A stretch of 64,000 nucleotides of DNA, taken from positions 67,295-131,294 of the forward strand of contig JAQBUV010000001.1 in NCBI GenBank assembly GCA_027623815.1, read 5' to 3'. A program made the position numbers and the translations under genes. Below the pieces are notes generated by a model. That model was not told the origin of the DNA, did not search any database, and saw only the letters and a list, made by a program, of their open reading frames with translations. Source of the stretch: Chloroflexota bacterium. GTDB lineage: Bacteria > Chloroflexota > Dehalococcoidia > Lucifugimonadales > UBA3495. This document shows positions 57,032 to 64,000 of the stretch, one piece after another (position 1 is the first letter of the stretch; every line of letters starts with the position of its first letter).

Positions 57032-57352
57032 AGTTAAGGATGGTAATGGCTAGGTTAACGTTGCTAGCAATAGCAGAGTAAAATCGGCGGGACACATGGG
57101 ACGACACCCTGTTCCTAGGGACGTATCCCATCAGTCTAGACCTGTTAATCATGTCTATTCAGAAACTCTATTGAGGTCATTTCACCCTTTAATTCCCAAG
57201 CAAACACTTTTGATAATCCAGTGTAGAATCGGCGCAATGTTGCCGGTTGTGGTTTAATAGTGTCTCCACCGGAGATATGACCCGTAAGCTGCTAAGTTGC
57301 TCCGGTCGAATACTCAGATGTTATCTAGCCCATTGCAAATTGGAGGTGGACA

Positions 57353-58165
57353 ATGCCTGTCGCCCAGCTACCCGGCAACCTGGAAATGTACTATCAGGAT
57401 GACGACTATACCGACCCATGGCGAACCCCGGAAACGGTGGTCCTGCACCACGGCAACGCGAAGAACTCCCAACTCTGGTATGCCTGGGTGCCGCTGCTGG
57501 CCCGTCAGTACCGGGTAATTCGCCTGGACGCCCGAGGATTTGGCAAATCCACCGTGCCCCCCAAAGGGTACGACTGGTCTTTGAGCGGATTCGGGACTGA
57601 TCTGTCAAACCTGCTTGACTCTCTTGATATCGACAAAGTACACCTCATTGGAGAGACCATCGGCGGCACCATTGCGTTGCAGTTTGCTTACGATCATCCG
57701 GAGCGAGTGCAAACTGTAACTGCATGCACGTCGCCGTTCAACTTTACGAACGTGTCCACCTATCTGGACAACCGCAATCTGGTGCTGGCAGAGGGCGTCG
57801 AGAGTTGGGTGCGCCAGACCGCTGACCGGCGTTTGGAACCGGGGCACTCCGACCCTGCTCACCACGAATGGTACGCCCAACAGATGATCAACACTTCCGC
57901 GCAGGTAGTTACCGAAACCCTGACCTACCTGTCGACCCAAGACTTGACGCCGATATTGCCGAAGATACAGACGCCTGCCCTCGTATTGGTGGGTGAGCAG
58001 AGTTCGATGAATACCGCCGACCGCGCGCAGGGAATGGCAAAATTACTGCCCAACGGTCGTTTGGTGGAAATCTCCGGCGGCTCAGGCTATATTCAGCACT
58101 CAGACCCGGAGGGCTGCGTCGCCGCATGGCGTGAGTTCGTAGGGCTGTTGACCCACCAACATTAA
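57353..58165 (+). CDS. Alpha/beta-hydrolase fold protein (enol-lactonase-like) with Thr in the nucleophile elbow
   Basis: HGNAKNSQLW (HG oxyanion motif). The nucleophile elbow reads G-E-T-I-G (Thr codon ACC at 57656-57658) instead of G-x-S-x-G. C-terminal His lies in YIQHSD. Confidence 0.8.
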   Translation: MPVAQLPGNLEMYYQDDDYTDPWRTPETVVLHHGNAKNSQLWYAWVPLLARQYRVIRLDARGFGKSTVPPKGYDWSLSGFGTDLSNLLDSLDIDKVHLIGETIGGTIALQFAYDHPERVQTVTACTSPFNFTNVSTYLDNRNLVLAEGVESWVRQTADRRLEPGHSDPAHHEWYAQQMINTSAQVVTETLTYLSTQDLTPILPKIQTPALVLVGEQSSMNTADRAQGMAKLLPNGRLVEISGGSGYIQHSDPEGCVAAWREFVGLLTHQH

Positions 58166-58185
58166 GCAGCTATCTCAAAACGTGG

Positions 58186-58246
58186 TTCGGCAGGCTCAGC
58201 GCGAGCGGGGGCGCAAATCCTGTCCGCTCACCTTGAGCCCGTCGAA
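58186..58246. repeat. Palindromic repeat family 2, copy 3
   Basis: TTCGGCAGGCTCA ... TGAGCCCGTCGAA with an inner GAGCGG/CCGCTC stem, between convergent genes. Confidence 0.55.
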
Positions 58247-58277
58247 GGATAAATTAGCCGAGTTTTTAAATAGGCGC

Positions 58278-59054
58278 CTAAAACAAGGATTTTGACTGCC
58301 CACCGTCAATGTTGATGCAGGCCCCAGTGATCAGGTCGGCCCGATCTGAGGCCAGAAACGCCACCATTTCGCCGATGGGTTCAGGCCACCCAAAGCGGCC
58401 CATCGGCAGATTTCGGGCGACAAATTCTGACACTGTGTCCGGCGTCTCAGTTCGCTGGAACCGGTCCCAGGTGCTGCCAGGAAAGTCGATCGAACCCGGC
58501 GCAACGCAGTTGACCAGCACTCGATGAGGAGCCATCTGCACCGCCAAATGCTTGGAAAAGGCGATCAGCCCAGCTTTGCCGGTCATGTAATCTATCGATC
58601 CGCCATGCTCTCGGCCATAAATCGAAGCAATATTGATGATGCGACCCCACCGCTGCTCTTTCATGTGGGGTAAGACCATCTTGGCCAGCCTCACTGCGCT
58701 GATCAGGTTTACCTCAAGCCCAGCCACGAACTGCTCCATGCTGGTGTCCTCAATTCTCACCGAACCACGCCTGCCACCGACGTTGTTGACCAGAATGTCG
58801 GGATGTCCCATCTCGGACACTGTCTCTTCGTAAAATTTGGCCGAGTCGGCGTCAATGGTTACATCTGCTCCGGTGCCCCGGGCCTGGTAACCTTGAGCGA
58901 CGAACTCGTCAACCCGGTCGTCGACTCGACGGCCGTCCCGACCGCATATGGAAACCTGGCAGCCTTCCCGAGCCAACGCAGTGGCAATTTGCAGCCCCAA
59001 ACCCCGGCTGCCGCCAGTTATCATCGCTATTTTGCCATCCAACGATAGGTCCAT
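58278..59054 (-). CDS. Short-chain dehydrogenase/reductase (SDR)
   Basis: ITGGSRGLGLQIA, NNVGG, YMTGKAG (YxxxK), ITGACINIDGG. Confidence 0.85.
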   Translation of the reverse strand: MDLSLDGKIAMITGGSRGLGLQIATALAREGCQVSICGRDGRRVDDRVDEFVAQGYQARGTGADVTIDADSAKFYEETVSEMGHPDILVNNVGGRRGSVRIEDTSMEQFVAGLEVNLISAVRLAKMVLPHMKEQRWGRIINIASIYGREHGGSIDYMTGKAGLIAFSKHLAVQMAPHRVLVNCVAPGSIDFPGSTWDRFQRTETPDTVSEFVARNLPMGRFGWPEPIGEMVAFLASDRADLITGACINIDGGQSKSLF

Positions 59055-59209
59055 CCCTTCCTCCGGTAATTACTCCTAACCAAACGCCTGGTTTAGCCGA
59101 ACGAGGGAGATTATAACTGCCAACCCCATGTTATAATAGTGCCCGCACCGGCTAGAGCACGTTCCTGCTTCGCCCTGCACCACCTCTTAAATCTTTGGAG
59201 AAAACTGAC

Positions 59210-60373
59210 ATGATAAAGCGATTTTCGGTGCTCTACGTTGGACAGGTAGATTTTGAAAACGTGGGCGCCAACGGGACTCCCGCCGACGAGCGAAGGTATT
59301 CCAACGACAAGCTAATTGAGCCTTACCGTCATGCGGTCGAACTGGCTCAGCATATGGACGAGCTAGGCTTCTACTGCCTATGGACGGCGGAACACCACTT
59401 TCAGCGGGAAGGGTACGAGGTGTTCCCCAACCTGACTCTGCTGGGCGTCCACCTGGCCGGAGTAACCAAGAAGCTCAAATTTGGCGCGGGCTTTAATATT
59501 GTGCCCATGTGGCACCCGTTACGGCTGGCTGAGGACTTCGCCATGGCCGACGTTCTGACCGGAGGCCGCCTGATCTTTGGTGTGGGACGAGGCTACCACT
59601 CCCGTGAAGTGGAGACCCTAGGCGCGCCGATGATCGATAACGACGCCAACAAAGAACTCTTTGAAGAGCAAATGGAGATTATCTTCAAGGCATTTAACGA
59701 GGAATCCTTCAGTCATAAGGGTAAGTACTACACTATCCCCGCCGACGTGCCCTACCGGGGATACCAGCTCAAGGACATTACCCTGGTTCCCAGGCCAATC
59801 AACCTTCCGGTGGAAATCTGGCAGCCCATCGCCAGCGGGCGCACCCTGGACTACATCGCCCAGAAGGGTATCAAAGGGGTGATCGCACTGACCGGAGAGG
59901 TGCTGGCCAAGCGTCTGTTTGCGGCCTACCACGAGGCCGCCAATAAAGCTGGGCGACAGATAACGTTGGGGGAAGACATGGCTCTCGGCATTGGTTTCTA
60001 CATTGCCGATTCCCAGGAAGAGGCCATCAACCGAGTCCGTCCCTACCACGACGAACGCTACAAGTGGTTCGCTCCCTTCGGGTTCGTGCGCTACACCGAC
60101 GCAGAAGGGCGCCCCTGGGGCACCCCCGGCGCCCCGGTGCGAGTACCTAATATTGAAGATGGCGTGCAGCAGAAAGCCTGGTTCTGCGGATCTCCCGACG
60201 AATTCATCAAGTATCTGCGGGAAATGGAAGAGACCTACCCAGGGATGGAAGACTTCATTTTGCAGTGGCCCGAGGGGATGCCCTGGCCCGAGTTCAAGAA
60301 TCAGTTGGCCATCTTCGCCAAAGAGGTCATGCCAGCCTTCACCGGACAGACATCAGCGGTCGGCGGGGACTGA
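59210..60373 (+). CDS. LLM-class flavin-dependent oxidoreductase, paralogue 2
   Basis: ATG 59210 after GGAGAAA. WTAEHHF and RLIFGVGRGY are luciferase-like TIM-barrel motifs. Confidence 0.85.
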   Translation: MIKRFSVLYVGQVDFENVGANGTPADERRYSNDKLIEPYRHAVELAQHMDELGFYCLWTAEHHFQREGYEVFPNLTLLGVHLAGVTKKLKFGAGFNIVPMWHPLRLAEDFAMADVLTGGRLIFGVGRGYHSREVETLGAPMIDNDANKELFEEQMEIIFKAFNEESFSHKGKYYTIPADVPYRGYQLKDITLVPRPINLPVEIWQPIASGRTLDYIAQKGIKGVIALTGEVLAKRLFAAYHEAANKAGRQITLGEDMALGIGFYIADSQEEAINRVRPYHDERYKWFAPFGFVRYTDAEGRPWGTPGAPVRVPNIEDGVQQKAWFCGSPDEFIKYLREMEETYPGMEDFILQWPEGMPWPEFKNQLAIFAKEVMPAFTGQTSAVGGD

Positions 60374-60589
60374 GAACCCATATCAAAACCGCATAGACGC
60401 AAAGTCCGCAAAGATTGCTCTGCTTGCTTTTTTATGGTCTCAGCGCTCACTGTAACTCCGCGGTGAATTCTGGACAGTCACTTGGCCAGTCACTGGGAAG
60501 CACCAAGAAAATGGAGAAGCCAACGCCCTTGCTAGCTCCAATCGATTAACCGTTAACGCCACTGGGCGACTAAACCAAAGCGTGAAAAG

Positions 60590-61078
60590 CTAACTAGGCT
60601 CGACGTACTGAGTATTGGCACCCAGCATCAAGCACGGCTCTCCCCACTGGCTGGCGTTCTCCAACTCCCAGTCATCTTCCGAATCATCGGGCTTCAGTCG
60701 GATGCCCTCGTTGCCGCCGTAGATCAGCAAAATGACGCCGTCCCCTGAGTCCTCGGCCTTAACCGCGTAGGCTGGGCATTGACCCTGGTCACTCCAACCG
60801 GTTACATCACACCACCGGTCCTCCCCCACCAAATCGGAGGTGAATATCTTACTGACCGGCTTGGGCGCGTCAAGTAAATCAAAAACCCGGTTTAGATCCA
60901 TGGGGCTGTTGCCATCAGCCAATACTTCAACTTCATACAGCATGTCTATTCCTGTGTAGGACTCATTGTCCAGCTTGCCATTATTGTATGAGAAGGCATT
61001 GGGTTCATCAAGCAGACCCACATCTGGCTTTGGCGCATCTAAGTTTTTGATAGAGTCAAGATTGCGCGCTGAAGTCAC
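60590..61078 (-). CDS. Acidic hypothetical protein (162 aa)
   Basis: GTG start, no recognisable domain or signal peptide. The motif LDAPKP occurs twice. It is divergent from gdhA. Confidence 0.4.
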   Translation of the reverse strand: MTSARNLDSIKNLDAPKPDVGLLDEPNAFSYNNGKLDNESYTGIDMLYEVEVLADGNSPMDLNRVFDLLDAPKPVSKIFTSDLVGEDRWCDVTGWSDQGQCPAYAVKAEDSGDGVILLIYGGNEGIRLKPDDSEDDWELENASQWGEPCLMLGANTQYVEPS

Positions 61079-61170
61079 TGAGTTCCCATTTTGCGGATCA
61101 GAGACGAACCCTGTACCATTATCAACAGACAGCTCTTGAATCTCTTTAGATTTTCTTGGGAGGACTAAGT

Positions 61171-62424
61171 ATGGCCATCGCTATCCAGGAATTAACCCCT
61201 TTTCAGGAAGTGAATTTGTTCCTCGACGATTCCGCCGACCGCTTGGGACTGTCCGACGGCCTCCGGGAAATGTTGCGCCAACCCTGGCGGGAACTGAAAG
61301 TGCAGGTGCCAGTGCGTATGGACGATGGCCGCGTCGAGGTGTTTTCCGGTTACCGGATCCAGCACAACGGCGCGCGCGGGCCATACAAAGGCGGCGTGCG
61401 CTACCATCCCCAGGCCGACGCCGAAGAAGTACGCGCACTGGCCTCGCTGATGACCTGGAAAAACGCCCTGGTGAATGTGCCCTTCGGCGGGGCCAAAGGC
61501 GGGGTGCAGTGCGACCCCCGACAACTTAGCGAAAGCGAACTGAACCGCCTCACCCGCCGCTACACCCTGAACATTTCCCACCTACTGGCCCCCAACCGGG
61601 ATATACCGGCGCCAGATATGGGCACCAACGCCCAGACCATGGCTTGGATGATGGACGCCTATGGACAAATTCATGGACACTCCCCGGCAATTGTCACTGG
61701 AAAGCCAGTGGAACTGGGCGGTTCCCTGGGCCGGGAGGCGGCCACCGGGCGTGGGGTTGCCTTCATCCTTCAAGAAGCGGCCACCGACCTCAGTATGGAC
61801 ATGGATGGTATCCGAATCGTGATACAGGGCTATGGCAACGTGGGGTCATGGGCGGCGCAGATACTGCATGATTCTGGTTGCCGAATCATTGCCCTGAGCG
61901 ACGTTGCGGGAGGCATCTATAACCCCAAAGGGCTGGATGTGTCCAGAATAGCCGAAAATAAGATTGCCGGGATTGGCGTCTCCGAGTATCTGGATGGAGA
62001 AAAGGTGACCAATGCCGAGCTTCTGGAATTGGAATGTGATGTGCTGATCCCAGCGGCTATCGACAACGTAATCAATGCTGAGAATGCATCTCGAATAAAG
62101 ACCAAGTTGATCGCGGAAGCAGCCAACCACCCGGTCACGTTTGGAGCCGACCAGATCCTCAATGACCGAGGCATCACCATTCTGCCCGACATTCTGGTTA
62201 ACGCGGGCGGGGTCACCGTGTCCTACTTTGAGTGGACTCAAAACCTGCAAGAGTTTCGTTGGGAAGAAGAGCGGGTCAACGACGAGTTGCGCAAGGTAAT
62301 GTCGAAAGCCTACCAGGCGGTCCATGAAAAAGTGGCCTCTCAAGGCATCAACTACCGCCAGGCCGCTTTTGACATTGGAGTCGGGCGCGTTGCCAGGGCC
62401 GTGAACTTGCGTGGGTTCGTGTAG
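61171..62424 (+). CDS. gdhA: Glutamate dehydrogenase
   Basis: GGAGGA upstream of ATG 61171. GARGPYKGGVRYHP, VPFGGAKGG (catalytic Lys region), GYGNVG NAD(P) motif. Confidence 0.93.
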   Translation: MAIAIQELTPFQEVNLFLDDSADRLGLSDGLREMLRQPWRELKVQVPVRMDDGRVEVFSGYRIQHNGARGPYKGGVRYHPQADAEEVRALASLMTWKNALVNVPFGGAKGGVQCDPRQLSESELNRLTRRYTLNISHLLAPNRDIPAPDMGTNAQTMAWMMDAYGQIHGHSPAIVTGKPVELGGSLGREAATGRGVAFILQEAATDLSMDMDGIRIVIQGYGNVGSWAAQILHDSGCRIIALSDVAGGIYNPKGLDVSRIAENKIAGIGVSEYLDGEKVTNAELLELECDVLIPAAIDNVINAENASRIKTKLIAEAANHPVTFGADQILNDRGITILPDILVNAGGVTVSYFEWTQNLQEFRWEEERVNDELRKVMSKAYQAVHEKVASQGINYRQAAFDIGVGRVARAVNLRGFV

Positions 62425-62497
62425 TCTAGATTGAGCCTGCACCTCTGATGGTTTATACTGGCGGCAACACTCTCCCTGCTCATACGAGGAGTCAGCA

Positions 62498-63580
62498 ATG
62501 CAAGTCGGCTATTTCACCATGCCCCTACACCCGCCTGGCTCTGATCCCGCCGTGACCATGGAAGCGGACTTGATGCAGATGGAGACCCTGGATCGGCTGG
62601 GATACCGGGAAGCCTGGATTGGGGAGCACTTCACCACCGTCTGGGAGAACATACCAGCCCCCGACCAGTTCATTGCCGCCGCCCTGTCGAGGACTAAGAA
62701 CATAATCTTCGGCACCGGCGTGACCTGCATGCCCAACCACGACCCGTTTATGATTGCCCACCGTATCGCCCAGTTGGACAATCTGGCCAGGGGCCGGTTT
62801 TATTGGGGAGTGGGTTCTGGCGGCTTCCCCGGAGATTTCAAGGTCTACGGCTTTGACCCCTCAACTGGCGCCCACCGGGGAATGTCCCGGGACTCGTTAG
62901 AGTTAATCCTAAAGATGTGGGAAAACCCCGAGCCTGGATTATACGAAAATCCTTTCTGGAAATTTTCCATACCTGAGCCGGTGCCAGCAATCGGCCTCCG
63001 GTTCCACATGCAACCTTATCAGAAGCCGCACCCGCCCATTGGTGTGGCCGGAGTGTCTCCTAAATCAGACACCCTGATCTTCGCCGGAGAAATGGGCTGG
63101 CTGCCGCTGAGCATCAATCTGGTGCCCACCGAGATTCTGAAGACCCACTGGGAAGCAGTTGAAGAGGGAGCCAAGAAGTCGGGACGCACTCCAAACCGCA
63201 GCGAGTGGCGTATCGCCAAAGAGGTCTACATCGCCGACACGACTGAACAAGCCAGACAAGAAGTGTTGGAAGGCACCATTGGCCGGGACTTTAGAGAATA
63301 TTTCATTCCATTGATGGCCCATATGAAATCCCTCAGCCTCTTCAAAGGCGAACGAGAAATGCCCGACGAGGCGGTCACTCCCGAGTACCTGATCGACAAT
63401 GTCTGGATCGTGGGCAGCGTTGATGATGTCACCGAACAACTCCGCCAGCTCTACCGGGACGTCGGGGGGTTCGGTGTGCTGCTGGCAATGGGACACGAGT
63501 GGCAGCCCGAAGATAAGTGGGTCAGTTCCATGACCCGCCTGAGTCAGGAAGTGATGCCCCGGCTGTCCGACTTGGCCTGA
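62498..63580 (+). CDS. LLM-class flavin-dependent oxidoreductase, paralogue 3
   Basis: AGGAG upstream. WIGEHF and RFYWGVGSGG are luciferase-like motifs. Confidence 0.85.
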   Translation: MQVGYFTMPLHPPGSDPAVTMEADLMQMETLDRLGYREAWIGEHFTTVWENIPAPDQFIAAALSRTKNIIFGTGVTCMPNHDPFMIAHRIAQLDNLARGRFYWGVGSGGFPGDFKVYGFDPSTGAHRGMSRDSLELILKMWENPEPGLYENPFWKFSIPEPVPAIGLRFHMQPYQKPHPPIGVAGVSPKSDTLIFAGEMGWLPLSINLVPTEILKTHWEAVEEGAKKSGRTPNRSEWRIAKEVYIADTTEQARQEVLEGTIGRDFREYFIPLMAHMKSLSLFKGEREMPDEAVTPEYLIDNVWIVGSVDDVTEQLRQLYRDVGGFGVLLAMGHEWQPEDKWVSSMTRLSQEVMPRLSDLA

Positions 63581-63648
63581 GGCTATTGCTTCCCTCGCAT
63601 AATCATCAATCATAGGGGTCATACCCGTAAACACGTAGGAGGTGTACC

Positions 63649-64000
63649 GTGGCAATAGGCATCAGGTCTTACCGACCACTAATGACCGGCACGACTCACA
63701 TGGCATCCACCGGGCACTACCTGGCGACGGCAGTGAGCTACAGCATCCTTGAGCAGGGCGGCAACGCCACCGACGCTGGTGTGGCCGCTGGACTGACCCT
63801 GAATGTGGTGCTACCCCAATACACCAGCCTGGGCGGGGTGGCTCCTATCCTGGTCCACGATGCCCAAAAGAATGAAACCAAAAGCATCAGCGGGTTGGGC
63901 CGCTGGCCCCAAACGGCCAGCATCGCCTATTTCAATGACAATCATGGCGGTCAACTTCCGCCGGGGGTACTGCGTACGGTGACTCCCGCCGCCGCCGATG
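63649..64000 (+). CDS. ggt: Gamma-glutamyltransferase family protein (N-terminal 117 aa; continues beyond the window)
   Basis: Absent from the ORF track because there is no stop in the window. GTG 63649 lies 6 nt after AGGAGG. My translation gives ...MASTGHYLATAVSYSILEQGGNATDAGVAAGLTLNVV.P..TSLGG, the GGT N-terminal pattern. Confidence 0.8.
   Translation, partial: MAIGIRSYRPLMTGTTHMASTGHYLATAVSYSILEQGGNATDAGVAAGLTLNVVLPQYTSLGGVAPILVHDAQKNETKSISGLGRWPQTASIAYFNDNHGGQLPPGVLRTVTPAAAD

Noticed and set aside
56829-57152. 107-aa minus-strand ORF overlapping the 5' end of the archaellin-like gene
   Set aside because: It is in a different frame and has no motif or RBS. The archaellin-like frame has strong sequence-pattern support.
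61846-62442. 198-aa minus-strand ORF
   Set aside because: Antisense shadow of glutamate dehydrogenase.
63065-63655. 196-aa minus-strand ORF
   Set aside because: Antisense shadow of LLM paralogue 3.

Overview
Gene-dense, high-GC (by eye, high 50s %) bacterial chromosomal segment with about 62 CDS on both strands. From gene content, GroEL/CarB sequence style, frequent GTG/TTG starts and the dispersed repeats, I infer a Chloroflexota-like genome, possibly SAR202-like. This placement is inference only. Core genes: pepN (partial), leuCD, groES-groEL with a CIRCE operator, thiG-thiE-thiS behind a TPP riboswitch, a hotdog pair with plsX-fabG, pyrR-pyrB-pyrC-carA-(ORFan)-carB behind a PyrR attenuator, pyrF, sfsA, gdhA and ggt (partial). 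Interleaved is a large set of catabolic paralogues: three LLM-class flavin oxidoreductases, two crotonases, an acyl-CoA dehydrogenase, an acyl-CoA ligase, a three-gene family-I CoA-transferase cassette, SDR/MDR/2-hydroxyacid dehydrogenases, a TPP enzyme and two MFS transporters. I found no rRNA, tRNA, CRISPR array, transposase, integrase or phage gene. Two families of structured non-coding repeats are dispersed through the window. Items most worth a second look: (1) an orphan archaellin-like gene with an archaeal class III signal peptide (56570-57031); (2) a CoA-transferase cassette ordered A / B-A fusion / B, bracketed by two inverted ~143-bp MITE-like elements; (3) a 612-aa membrane protein built from six tandem two-helix repeats; (4) an adjacent zinc-ribbon-RDD and PrsW-zinc-ribbon membrane protein pair; (5) an orphan OmpR-type response regulator with Glu at the phospho-acceptor position; (6) an ORFan inserted between carA and carB. 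All functional calls rest on motif recognition from the translations. No database search was run.
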